NCBI GenBank assembly: GCA_002497295.1
Contig: DANO01000029.1
Span: 4,978 to 68,977, forward strand
Length of the DNA: 64,000 nucleotides
Direction of reading: 5' to 3'
Source: Euryarchaeota archaeon UBA171
Lineage (GTDB): Archaea > Thermoplasmatota > Poseidoniia > Poseidoniales > Thalassarchaeaceae
The notes under the pieces are model-generated. The model worked only from the letters and a program-made list of their open reading frames with translations, made no database searches and was not told where the DNA came from. Within the stretch, counting starts at the first letter, position 1. Each line of letters opens with the position of its first letter. Shown here in pieces: positions 29,270 to 38,918 of the stretch. The translations under genes were made by a program, and so were the position numbers.

Positions 29270-29878
29270 TCACATTGACGGAAAGTTGAGTTTCTCAACC
29301 ATCATCTTCAGGGCCATTGTCCTATGAGACAGAGCGGTCTTTTCTAACAAAGTCATTTCTGAGAATGTCCGGTCATCGCCTGCTTCGGGAATGAATATTG
29401 GATCGTATCCAAAACCAGAATCTCCTCTCGATTCTAACGATATTCTTCCCTTGCAGTGTCCTTGTACCGAGTGAATCCTTTCTCCGTCCCAGAATGAAAT
29501 TGAAGAGATATATCGTGCTGATTTATCTTTACTTTCTTCGAGCAACTTTACTATTCCCTCGTTGCCGACTGTAGAATGAACATAAGAGGAATAGACTCCC
29601 GGGAATCCCCCAAGTGCATCGATGAATAGCCCGGAATCCTCCACCATAAGCCAGTTGCCATTCAGCTCATCTTCTACCGAATCTAATACTTGCATTATTT
29701 TCGAATGTGCAATCTGGGCGCAATTTTCCCCTTGTGGCTCTACCACGGAAATACTGGAAGAAATATCTTTCAGAGATCTTATTTTGATTTGTAGTTCAGA
29801 CATAACTTGCGAGGCTTCGTCTAACTTGTGTTCGTTACCAGTATGAAAGAATATGAGTTCTGGTTTTTCCCTATGCAT
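29270..29878 (-). CDS. Non-canonical purine NTP pyrophosphatase (Ham1/RdgB/ITPase)
   Basis: FHTGNEHKL N-terminal motif, GFGYDPIFIP and SHR motifs. Confidence 0.8.
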   Translation of the reverse strand: MHREKPELIFFHTGNEHKLDEASQVMSELQIKIRSLKDISSSISVVEPQGENCAQIAHSKIMQVLDSVEDELNGNWLMVEDSGLFIDALGGFPGVYSSYVHSTVGNEGIVKLLEESKDKSARYISSISFWDGERIHSVQGHCKGRISLESRGDSGFGYDPIFIPEAGDDRTFSEMTLLEKTALSHRTMALKMMVEKLNFPSM

Positions 29879-30524
29879 GGTATCTCACCCTCCCTCGTAT
29901 GGCCTCAAATCGATCTACAACTGCACGTGCATCGAAATTATCCGATTTTGAGTTATCGAGATAGCCCTTCAGAACTCTTTCCATAGATTCTGGCCTATCG
30001 ACATGATGTGCGGAAAGACATTCGTGAAGAGAATGCAGATCGAGACCGAAATGTTCCATCTCGGCCACTAGACGGCCAAGACCATAGTCGATCAGAATCA
30101 AGTCATCGTCAGACCATATGGCATTCAACGTGGTTACATCGCCATGCGATATGCCAGTTGAATGGATTTTCCGAATAGCCTGGCCTAGTTTATACTCGAC
30201 TTGATGATCAGAATCCTCTCGGAGAACTTGAGCAAGACTCCGTCCTTCTACCCTACTCATCATTATCCATCCCTCTGCTGGGTCAATTCCAAATAAAATC
30301 GGAGATTTGACTCCATTTTCACAGAGGCGGACAAGAATCCTAGCTTCGGCGAATATCCTTTGGCGAGAAAGATTCCGTTCGAGGGCGGGGTGCCGGTATC
30401 CTCTTGGAATTCTTCGCTTTAGTACGGCATCTCTTCCGATCCACGTGCCTGAAATGACCTCAGCTTCAGCACCAAGATGAATAGTTTCTAGGGCAACCCA
30501 TGGCAGCCACTCGTCCCCGGCCAT
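29871..30524 (-). CDS. Bud32/PRPK-type small protein kinase (KEOPS component)
   Basis: About 217 aa; HGDVTTLN catalytic loop and LIDYGLG DFG-equivalent. Confidence 0.6.
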   Translation of the reverse strand: MAGDEWLPWVALETIHLGAEAEVISGTWIGRDAVLKRRIPRGYRHPALERNLSRQRIFAEARILVRLCENGVKSPILFGIDPAEGWIMMSRVEGRSLAQVLREDSDHQVEYKLGQAIRKIHSTGISHGDVTTLNAIWSDDDLILIDYGLGRLVAEMEHFGLDLHSLHECLSAHHVDRPESMERVLKGYLDNSKSDNFDARAVVDRFEAIRGRVRYHA

Positions 30525-30638
30525 ATGGGTTCCACATTAGATGGCTTGAAAGGTATTGCAGTCAGAAGGAGTTCTGTCGACATGGTCCTGAAATTACCGC
30601 CATTGCCCCAGAGAAAAGATCTGGTTCATCCTATATCG

Positions 30639-31670
30639 ATGAATAATGACGAGTTGGAGATTGAGGCACATAGGCTGATGGAACGCATAGGGCAAAAAAT
30701 GAGATGGAGTCTTGACGCCTGTCGAACAATCGCGCCGTTAACATTGAAAATCAATCATCTAAAGAAAGAGAAGGACGTGATTCTGATTGCACATACGTAT
30801 CAAACACCAGACATTGTCTATGGGGTTGCAGATGCTGTTGGAGATAGCTACACACTCTCGAAAATAGCCAGAGATGCCCCTCAATCAATCATACTGTTCT
30901 CGAGTGTACGATTCATGGCAGAGACGGCCAAAATCCTCAGTCCTGATAAGACGGTTCTCCATCCATCTCCAGAAGCTGGTTGTTCGCTATCAGAAGGAAT
31001 CAATGCAGATGATGTTCGCAAGCTTAGAGCACTGCATCCAGGCGTACCCGTGGCTTGTTACATCAATACAACTGCAGCTGTTAAAGCTGAGTGTGATGTT
31101 TGTGTCACCAGCAGCAATTATCTTTCAATTGCAGAAAATCTTCCTGGTGATGAGTTAATTTTCGTTCCAGACAGGCTCATGGGCCAACATCTGAGGACCC
31201 ATCTTGAGGGGAAGAAGACCGTGTATCTGCATGAGGCGGATTGCGAAGTTCATGCAGCATTCAACACGACTAGCATCCAACGTCAGAGAAGAGAGGCGCG
31301 GAAGAGGGGGATTGAGTTGCGAGTGCTGGCCCATCCAGAATGTGATGCCGATGTGCTGGCTGCAAGTGATTTTGTTGGGAGTTCGGAGAGGATACTTATC
31401 GAAGCAAAGCGAATTGCATCCGAAGAGGAGGCTGCAGTGATGATGATTACCGAATGCGGCACAGCAGAGCGAGCCATGGCTGAATCAGAAAAGCCAATTG
31501 AACTGATGGGTACTTGTTCAATGTGCAGACACATGAAGAGAACTCATCTGGAAGACATCCTACAAGCTATTGAATCTCCAAGAGGGGATCAAATCATTGA
31601 GATAGGGGACGATGTAATAGGTAGAGCTCGAGACTGTCTCAATCAAATGTTTGAACTTGCTGAATCTTGA
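30639..31670 (+). CDS. nadA: Quinolinate synthase NadA
   Basis: ILIAHTYQTPDIVYGVADAVGDSYTLSK ... FSSVRFMAETAKILSPDKTVL. The internal ATG was chosen because ORF 30525.. would abut the divergent Bud32 start. Confidence 0.8.
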   Translation: MNNDELEIEAHRLMERIGQKMRWSLDACRTIAPLTLKINHLKKEKDVILIAHTYQTPDIVYGVADAVGDSYTLSKIARDAPQSIILFSSVRFMAETAKILSPDKTVLHPSPEAGCSLSEGINADDVRKLRALHPGVPVACYINTTAAVKAECDVCVTSSNYLSIAENLPGDELIFVPDRLMGQHLRTHLEGKKTVYLHEADCEVHAAFNTTSIQRQRREARKRGIELRVLAHPECDADVLAASDFVGSSERILIEAKRIASEEEAAVMMITECGTAERAMAESEKPIELMGTCSMCRHMKRTHLEDILQAIESPRGDQIIEIGDDVIGRARDCLNQMFELAES

Positions 31671-33775
31671 GAGTGTTTGCTCTCTGATGCTGCTTGGACG
31701 GTCCAGACCATTAGAAGTGGAGCGAGTATCACCACTGCAGCTTGGAGGAGTATGGATGAATATGGCTCAAATGGATCTTCTAAATTGTATACTTCCAGTA
31801 TAGTGTTTCCATCCTCATCAGTGACAAGCCATGCAGCGCCGATAGAAACAATTCTTGGATCTTCGTGAAATGCCTCTGAACCACTTGTAAGTGAAATCAA
31901 AATCTTTTCACTTCTGTCGTAGAGATATACATCATTTAAGTTGCTATCAGTATCTTGATTGTTTGGATCGAAGGCTGTGATTTGAGTGAAAACTATCCTA
32001 TCATCTGTCATATGTGGGCTCCATGCATCCCAAGCTGGTTCTGATATAATGGCAGAATTTCCAACTACTCTATCGACGAGGACAACGCGTCGTATCTGAC
32101 CGACATCCACGACTACTGCAATGGATGTTCCATCCGCTGATATCTCAGTGATTGTCCCGTTAACTGGGTCAACGAAGATTTCTGCATCTATTAGTCCAGA
32201 TTCTATTTCATCACTAGCAGAGGCATTGACGAAGATGTTCTGTCTTGTCTCCGACGATACTGAGAATATGCCTAACTTTGGGCCATCTGTTCCATTGATT
32301 GCCCATATTACTGTATCACCATACGCTGCAAGTGCGGTTGCGCCAGCCGCCTCCGGTATCTTCGCAAGTTCTAATCCTGAAGGGTACAGAATCGATATTC
32401 CCTCGTTGTTCAGTAAGGCAGCATAAGAAGTGCCATCCACCATTGTACCAATCGCAAGCTCCTGTATTCTCATTTCCACATCGTTCCTATATTGTGGTGA
32501 AATCGTACCGAAGGAAGTATCGATTGCGAACCAGTCGAATCTGAAACCTGCATAAATTGCCATCTTATCTTCGGATATTTCGACAGACGGGGTAATTGCC
32601 CATGGAGCACCTCCAACCACGAATGACTCAGATGTGCTTAGGTTCCATGCTGTGATCGTGGGTGTCTCATCGGGTGTTTCATTGACTGCGATCATCCACT
32701 CGCCCTCTCCTGTTGCCTCTGATGGGAATTCGACGCCCTCCAAGGGGAATGATTGGTGTGTGGCATCATAGACGAGTATGGTCGTCGTCAGGAAGAGGAC
32801 TGCGACTATGGCAGCCGAAGTCTGCTTCCTGGAAGCCTGTCGATAAGGCCTCAAAGCTCTTGAAATAATTCTTCTTGCCTTCTTCAAAGCCAGTTTCGGA
32901 TTATCTATCAATAGAGCAAATCGTCTTCCTATCAAGCGTTCATCAAAGGCTCCCCAGACGCCTTTTCTGGTTTTATCTGCGAGGGCTACTGCAAGATGCG
33001 CAATTATTACGCCCCCGAGTATATCTGCAATCCAATGGATGCCAAGGTACACGATTGTGAAGCTTGTTACGAGGATGAACGCGCCGAGTAGTTTCGTAAA
33101 TCTGTTCCACCTCCCATCATCATCCCATCGGATAAAAGCCAGCCAGATGGCAACGGGCATTCCAACATGGAGGCTTGGCATCCCATTGGTAAACGGATCA
33201 ATGCCTGCGAACCAGTTCCTAATCTCCGGAGTTAAGTCGTAGGCCAATGTTTCCATGCCGGGTATGACATCACCTGTGACTCGCACGTTTAGGAAGAGAT
33301 AGAATGGCACAGCTAAGATGTAGACATAGAAAATTGTCAGTGATACCCTATCTGCCATGTATCTGTCATCAGCGTAAATGGGATAAATGAAAGATGAGAA
33401 CATTGCAGTCATATATCCCATTACATAGAAGTGAGTGAGTCCCACAGTGAGGAATTTCGACTGAAAGGCATCCTGAACCCAGAGAACAACATCGCCCTCG
33501 ATAGCATAGATATACGGGGTAATTTCGATTCTTGTGCTAGCCATAAGAGCCCTATCTATTTGGTCAAGCGGGTCTTTCCAAAGATACACGGAGAAGACGA
33601 TGATCATGTGGAACCAATATCTTCGGAACATGTCCACGTAAGCACTCCATGAGTGGCGAATGAATCTCGGTCTAAGCAACGGCATCAATGCGATGCTACA
33701 GAGTATTGCTGCAGTAACCCAAGTGAGATAGATGCCCGTCTGCGCCATGTTACGAGCCTGTGTGCCCGTGTCCAC
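31643..33775 (-). CDS. Membrane protein with an N-terminal PAP2-like polytopic domain fused to an extracytoplasmic beta-propeller-like domain and a C-terminal TM
   Basis: About 8 TM helices with PSLHVGMP and HWIADILGG (PAP2-like motifs C2/C3). The C-terminal 400 aa has repeated beta-rich blocks (ISADGTSIAVVVD, WSPHMTDDRIVF). Confidence 0.4.
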   Translation of the reverse strand: MDTGTQARNMAQTGIYLTWVTAAILCSIALMPLLRPRFIRHSWSAYVDMFRRYWFHMIIVFSVYLWKDPLDQIDRALMASTRIEITPYIYAIEGDVVLWVQDAFQSKFLTVGLTHFYVMGYMTAMFSSFIYPIYADDRYMADRVSLTIFYVYILAVPFYLFLNVRVTGDVIPGMETLAYDLTPEIRNWFAGIDPFTNGMPSLHVGMPVAIWLAFIRWDDDGRWNRFTKLLGAFILVTSFTIVYLGIHWIADILGGVIIAHLAVALADKTRKGVWGAFDERLIGRRFALLIDNPKLALKKARRIISRALRPYRQASRKQTSAAIVAVLFLTTTILVYDATHQSFPLEGVEFPSEATGEGEWMIAVNETPDETPTITAWNLSTSESFVVGGAPWAITPSVEISEDKMAIYAGFRFDWFAIDTSFGTISPQYRNDVEMRIQELAIGTMVDGTSYAALLNNEGISILYPSGLELAKIPEAAGATALAAYGDTVIWAINGTDGPKLGIFSVSSETRQNIFVNASASDEIESGLIDAEIFVDPVNGTITEISADGTSIAVVVDVGQIRRVVLVDRVVGNSAIISEPAWDAWSPHMTDDRIVFTQITAFDPNNQDTDSNLNDVYLYDRSEKILISLTSGSEAFHEDPRIVSIGAAWLVTDEDGNTILEVYNLEDPFEPYSSILLQAAVVILAPLLMVWTVQAASESKHSQDSASSNI

Positions 33776-33804
33776 ATCATGAATGGAACCCCTGTGAGGA
33801 GGTT

Positions 33805-34818
33805 TTACCGAATATTGACGGGTGTTCTCTCTGTTGCTTCGACTATTTCCATAACTTTGTCGACTACATTGACAAAGGATCTTGCTGTTGTCCCCTCGGG
33901 ATCTGCGATAATTCGGTGTACTCCATCATCACCACCCCTGACGACTCCTGGATCAAAAGGAATCTTGCCCAAAAAGGGGACTTCCAAATCCTTAGCTGCT
34001 TTCTCCCCTCCACCGGATTTGAAAACATCCAGAACAGTTTCCCATCTCCCGTTTTCGTCAGTTTCTAACTCCAAGGTTAAACCACCGGGTGCGTCTATTG
34101 ATACGGATGATCCAGCCGATGCAGATCCTGTCAATGTATATCCGCTCATATTTTCTACGACGCCTATTACTGGAAGAGAGACTGTCTTGGCGAAATTAAT
34201 CGACTTTCGACTATCGAGTAAAGCAACTTCCTGAGGAGTCGTTACAATGACGACTCCGTCTATCCCGGGAAGATTCTGTGAAACAGTGAGTGGTTCGTCA
34301 CTCGTCCCTGGAGGGAAATCAATGATGAGCGCATCCAATTTGCCCCATGCTACATCTCCTATGAATTGCTGAATAGCACCGAGTTTAATCGGTCCCCTCC
34401 AAATGACTGGCTTGTCAGGATCTTCGATGAGGAATGCCATTGAAATGACTTTGATTCCTTCGGGGCCGATTGCTGGGAATATCTGGCCCTCCTCGACATG
34501 TAGCTCGGCTTCTTCAAGTGCCAGCATCTTGGGAATGTTTGGGCCTGTTATATCGATATCCATGATTCCAACTGACATACCTCTGCGTGCGAGAGTGAGG
34601 GCTAAGCCGACAGAAACGGTGGACTTTCCAACACCACCTTTGCCTGAGAGGACCATTATCTTGTGTTTAATCGACTTATCCATCTCTTCCATTCGCATCT
34701 TCCGACGCATCTGAGCGTATGCCTGCTCCATTTGTGCAGCCTGTTCATTTGTGGCAGCAGTCTTCTCATTATCCTCGGGTTTATCGCCAGTGTGATACGA
34801 AACGGGGCCCTTTGCCAT
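33805..34818 (-). CDS. Mrp/NBP35/ApbC-family Fe-S cluster carrier ATPase
   Basis: IMVLSGKGGVGKSTVSVGLA deviant Walker A with ParA/Mrp architecture. Confidence 0.85.
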   Translation of the reverse strand: MAKGPVSYHTGDKPEDNEKTAATNEQAAQMEQAYAQMRRKMRMEEMDKSIKHKIMVLSGKGGVGKSTVSVGLALTLARRGMSVGIMDIDITGPNIPKMLALEEAELHVEEGQIFPAIGPEGIKVISMAFLIEDPDKPVIWRGPIKLGAIQQFIGDVAWGKLDALIIDFPPGTSDEPLTVSQNLPGIDGVVIVTTPQEVALLDSRKSINFAKTVSLPVIGVVENMSGYTLTGSASAGSSVSIDAPGGLTLELETDENGRWETVLDVFKSGGGEKAAKDLEVPFLGKIPFDPGVVRGGDDGVHRIIADPEGTTARSFVNVVDKVMEIVEATERTPVNIR

Positions 34819-34916
34819 GTTTGCTCACATCGACACCGATACTTCAAACTGAGTCTGCCCGTGTATGGTTATTATGTACGCGATATTCAAGTATGTTATG
34901 TCCTGTTAATGTGGAT

Positions 34917-35297
34917 ATGAAGTTACTTTTCGTCTGCGTGGGAAACACTTGCAGGAGTCAGATGGCTGAATCGATTGCAAGATATCTTGGGCACGAGGCA
35001 TATTCGGGAGGCACTGATCCCGGGAACAGCGTATCTGGAAATGCGATAGAGGCACTTTTGGAAGGAGGGTATTCCTCGGAAGGCCTTACTCCAAAATCAA
35101 TTGATCTCGTTTACCCGGGGGATTACGATATGATAATCAGCATGGGGTGTGGTGTTTCATGTCCAAACATACCTATCGACGAAGATTGGGGGTTGGAAGA
35201 TCCGGTTGGTCAGAATCTCGAAGTCTTCAGAAGCACCAGAGACGAAATTCTGCTTCGAATCTCAAGAATGGTCGGTGACCTCTCGACCGACGCATAG
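34917..35297 (+). CDS. Low-molecular-weight protein-tyrosine phosphatase / ArsC-type arsenate reductase
   Basis: MKLLFVCVGNTCRSQMAE (CX5R P-loop); chosen start is the internal ATG of ORF 34719... Confidence 0.7.
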   Translation: MKLLFVCVGNTCRSQMAESIARYLGHEAYSGGTDPGNSVSGNAIEALLEGGYSSEGLTPKSIDLVYPGDYDMIISMGCGVSCPNIPIDEDWGLEDPVGQNLEVFRSTRDEILLRISRMVGDLSTDA

Positions 35298-35327
35298 AAA
35301 AGGCAAGTTCCGGACACTCGCCTCACT

Positions 35328-35402
35328 GCGAGCGTAGTGTAGTGGTTATCACCCCACGTTGCCAACGTGGGAACCCGGGTTCAAATCCCGGCGCTCGCAC
35401 CA
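35328..35402 (+). tRNA. tRNA-Gly (anticodon GCC), with genomically encoded CCA
   Basis: Cloverleaf folded by hand: acceptor GCGAGCG/CGCTCGC; anticodon stem CCACG/CGTGG with loop TTGCCAA; T-arm CCGGG-TTCAAAT-CCCGG; discriminator A then CCA. Confidence 0.85.
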
Positions 35403-35403
35403 T

Positions 35404-38400
35404 CTATTCAATCGATTCATCAGAGATGAAAACTCTGATTATCGCCCCGATTGCGCCCATTGTCAGCATTGCTGCGACTACAACTGCCAGTATGTCGGCA
35501 TTGCTTCCCAGCCAGCTAGCAGAATCTGGTGATTCCTCCCTAACAAGTGTGATCTGATGGTCTTGTTCTTCAAGAGGGGTCATGGATTGGTAGATATCAG
35601 TCGCCCTGATTCTTATTTCCATGGTTCCCGGTTCTAGAGAAGTTCTTGCATTGAATTCAACAGAGTACACTCCGTCCCCTGCAATGCTATCTCCATTGAT
35701 GCCATTGTCATTCATGTTCAACCAGGACTCCGATGACCCGATTGGAGCTAAGCGGCCTATCTTCGTCTGAACGACAGAAACTCCGTCTGGATCGGACACG
35801 CTTACCTCCAAGACATGTCGGATGGGTTCCCCTGAAATTGGTAAAACTACAGAATCGAGGTATTCTTCCCCTGTGGTCTGCGAATCTCCCCTGATTAGTA
35901 TAGAGGTGGAAATCATGGGAGGTTCATTCAGTACGATGAATGAGACGTCGTCGCCCAATACGCCAGTATGGATCGTTCTTGCACCGAATGAGTCCTCAAG
36001 TACGACAGGGAAAACCACCTTTCCTGGACTCACGCCAAATGGCATTATGGCGCTGCCTGACCATGTATCTCCACTTAATTCAAGCATCACCTTATCACCG
36101 CCATATGATTGTAAATCTATGCTAACAGTCGCAATTCCATGCATATCCATCGCATCAACTGAGATAGAGAACTCTTCACCCCGGAATAGTCGATTTGGTG
36201 CCCTATCGACTTCTATGACCTTGGGTCCTGGGTTAGTGATGTTCAGTATGACGTTCTCGGAAATTGTCGCCCAGATGTCCTGCACGTAGATAGTGGCTTC
36301 CATGGCCCCATAGAATAGTCCCGAGGAGTTGGCTTGGGCAGTCCAGATATCGTCATGGACGACAAGGTCGCCTGATAGGCCCGAGTCTGAAAGCTCCAAC
36401 ATCCCCCAATCCTCGCCATGGAGATCTATCATGACCGAAACTACGTCAGTATCCGGATCCACAATGGTAATTTCGAGATGCACAGTGCCCCCTTCTCCAC
36501 GCCATATCCCCTCTCTGTAAGCAACGCCTGTAATCTCGGGGAGGGTATTCTCAGCAGCAGTAATGACAGATGGCCTGAGCACCCTGTCAACTGTCTGAGT
36601 TTCCCTGAATATCGATATATCTTCGTCCTCCACAATGGGCAATGACATCGTACGCTCACAATAGATCAACAATCCTGCCAAGATTCCTTCGTTCACCGTA
36701 GAACCAATTGCTTGTCCTCCCCCTGGATATGTTCCAATCCATTCTGCTGACTTGACCTCATGGCCATCGATATCTGCAATCGAGGTGTTTTGTACTTCAA
36801 CGGCCATTGAAAATCGGCCATCGTGCACCAAATCTATCCTATCGCCCTGAGTTAGCACATCAGGTACCAGCCCAGACTCTCTAGTCACATTTGAAGAAAG
36901 AATAGAAACGGCCTCGGGAGGCACTGGGCTGAGAACAATTGGAGACTCTGGCGGGTATTCATTGTTGACTTCTCCATTATCCTCCACATAGCGATATCTC
37001 ACTACTGGAGATTCCCAATCGATGTAGGGGGACGTGTAAAGATACGTAAGATTGTGATCGGAATAAAGCTCCTGACCAGGAACAGTGAATGTGGATCCTG
37101 AGACGTTGAACCAATATTCATCACGAATAACGATCACATCGTGATCAACTCCAGAAGAGTTGGTCTGTACACCGGTATTCACGATTTGCCTGACTGATCC
37201 AAATGTTCCGGAGGCGGTACCAGAATAAATTCCATCGAGAATGAATGTATCAGCGATGATTACCCCGTCTAACTGTTCATTGTAAATCTCTTCAATAGTC
37301 CCATTTACCTCGATTTGAATGCCATTATCATCCTCAATCAAGACGTCGAAATCGCCTTCTCCTCTGAATCTCTGATGTTGCTCGACGCGCTGATCTCCTT
37401 CCCAACGTTCTCTCAGTATGAACTCGTCGAGTTCGAAGTTTATTCTATCTGAGTCAAACTCAATCATTGCGGTGGCCATTGCCTCGATCCAGATGTCCTG
37501 GAAGACTCGTTCGCCATCTACATCGATGGTTTGGTACCTCAACAGGGATATTTCGCCCGATATATCGAGTGAGCCCTCTTCATTTGAATTCAAAACTAAT
37601 GAGCCGTTTGCCTCGAGTTCTAGTTGCTCCGTAACTATTCCATTTTCTAGTATTCTTGTGAATTTGGCTTCTCTAACTGTGCCATCGACCGATATGCCCT
37701 CCATTCCATCATAGAGGATCATTCGTATTGTTCCTGAACCTTCTAGTTGGAACTTCTGGCTGGAAAGCTCAGTTCCATTCCAAGACTCGTTCAACCATGC
37801 TCTCTGAATATCCAATTTTACATCGATCTCCCTGTCTTGATCGTTGAGCATCAATCGTATAGTCCCGTTTCCGAGCTCATTGGCTTCTAGATTCAAATCT
37901 GAGCGCTGCTGCCACCCTCTTCCAGTTACAGACAATGCAGTTTCGTCAGCTCCAGAAGTTAACGACCAAGTTGTTTCTCTGGTGATTTCATGGTCCATCA
38001 CCGGCTGATTCCACATGGTGACTTCGAACGACCTCTCACAAGATGCTTCGGTTGTTTCGACCGAGATGGAAACAATGTCTCCAAAAGACGGAGCATGGGA
38101 CATCTGTATGTCTATCACCCCTCCTGCGGTGAGAGAGGAATACGTTCCAACCTGGATTCCAGTGTTATCTAGATGGGTTGCGATTACATCTACATTAGAA
38201 GGATCCACTGCGAAAGGGAACGACGGATAGAATTGTACTCTGTAAGCATGTTGGGTTTGTTCCTCTGAATCGCTCCAAAAGGTTCCCCAGTCTGCATGTA
38301 TGATACATTCTCTGGAGTCGGGCTCGTTACCTTCTTGTTGTGCTACCGCAATTGATGAGAAGGCGAGTGATGCTGTTAGCACAGCCAGGACGAGTGCCTC

Positions 38401-38418
38401 GACCTTCCGAGTTGCCAT
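35404..38418 (-). CDS. Large (1004 aa) secreted cell-surface protein with an N-terminal signal peptide and a C-terminal TM anchor
   Basis: N-terminus MATRKVEALVLAVLTASLAFSSIAVAQQ; C-terminal hydrophobic LAVVVAAMLTMGAIGAIIRVF; acidic and Thr/Ser/Gly/Asp-rich with beta-rich repeats. Confidence 0.5.
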   Translation of the reverse strand: MATRKVEALVLAVLTASLAFSSIAVAQQEGNEPDSRECIIHADWGTFWSDSEEQTQHAYRVQFYPSFPFAVDPSNVDVIATHLDNTGIQVGTYSSLTAGGVIDIQMSHAPSFGDIVSISVETTEASCERSFEVTMWNQPVMDHEITRETTWSLTSGADETALSVTGRGWQQRSDLNLEANELGNGTIRLMLNDQDREIDVKLDIQRAWLNESWNGTELSSQKFQLEGSGTIRMILYDGMEGISVDGTVREAKFTRILENGIVTEQLELEANGSLVLNSNEEGSLDISGEISLLRYQTIDVDGERVFQDIWIEAMATAMIEFDSDRINFELDEFILRERWEGDQRVEQHQRFRGEGDFDVLIEDDNGIQIEVNGTIEEIYNEQLDGVIIADTFILDGIYSGTASGTFGSVRQIVNTGVQTNSSGVDHDVIVIRDEYWFNVSGSTFTVPGQELYSDHNLTYLYTSPYIDWESPVVRYRYVEDNGEVNNEYPPESPIVLSPVPPEAVSILSSNVTRESGLVPDVLTQGDRIDLVHDGRFSMAVEVQNTSIADIDGHEVKSAEWIGTYPGGGQAIGSTVNEGILAGLLIYCERTMSLPIVEDEDISIFRETQTVDRVLRPSVITAAENTLPEITGVAYREGIWRGEGGTVHLEITIVDPDTDVVSVMIDLHGEDWGMLELSDSGLSGDLVVHDDIWTAQANSSGLFYGAMEATIYVQDIWATISENVILNITNPGPKVIEVDRAPNRLFRGEEFSISVDAMDMHGIATVSIDLQSYGGDKVMLELSGDTWSGSAIMPFGVSPGKVVFPVVLEDSFGARTIHTGVLGDDVSFIVLNEPPMISTSILIRGDSQTTGEEYLDSVVLPISGEPIRHVLEVSVSDPDGVSVVQTKIGRLAPIGSSESWLNMNDNGINGDSIAGDGVYSVEFNARTSLEPGTMEIRIRATDIYQSMTPLEEQDHQITLVREESPDSASWLGSNADILAVVVAAMLTMGAIGAIIRVFISDESIE

Positions 38419-38466
38419 GTTCCCCCTGGCTGCTTTTTTCGTATAACAGGCTGTGGGCGTATTGTC

Positions 38467-38871
38467 TCAAAACAGTGGCTCGTCCCAGTCATCTTCTTCG
38501 CCGGCTTTCTCTCTCCACACTGTCTGAGGGACATCTTCGTATAGACCAGCATATGGATCTTCATCCTCATCATCTTTGGATCCTCTTCCGACATACTGGC
38601 TTGCATTCGATTTGAATTTCCAGTAGTGTATTCTCCACTCCCTTCCATCCCAGAGTGTGGTCTCCTCTGATTCAGTAGTCAGTAGATCATAATCTTGAAG
38701 CTGATAAAACAGATTTCTATCGTTCGGCTCCAATGCATTGTCGATAATTCGATTGGAAAACCCAAAGAATCCAAGTGCATGCTCAGCAATCGATTCAGCG
38801 ACACTTACCTCCATGTCCATATCGACACGATTACGAATTGCTTGGGTCAGATCTTGGAGTGTTAGGCCCAT
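38467..38871 (-). CDS. Hypothetical acidic protein
   Basis: 134 aa with an Asp/Glu-rich C-terminus; no motif. Confidence 0.3.
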   Translation of the reverse strand: MGLTLQDLTQAIRNRVDMDMEVSVAESIAEHALGFFGFSNRIIDNALEPNDRNLFYQLQDYDLLTTESEETTLWDGREWRIHYWKFKSNASQYVGRGSKDDEDEDPYAGLYEDVPQTVWREKAGEEDDWDEPLF

Positions 38872-38918
38872 TTGTCGTCACCTGCGTAACCCACCGACAT
38901 AGGGTTCGTTATTTCAAC

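Noticed and set aside
30525-30638. Using the upstream ATG at 30525 as the nadA start
   Set aside because: The first 38 residues are not NadA-like, and that start would abut the divergent Bud32 start codon with no promoter space. The internal Met at 30639 begins the conserved NadA N-terminus.
35298-35410. Possibility that the tRNA-Gly marks an integrated mobile element
   Set aside because: No integrase, recombinase, transposase or repeat of the tRNA 3' end is visible within the window. I kept it only as a low-interest finding.
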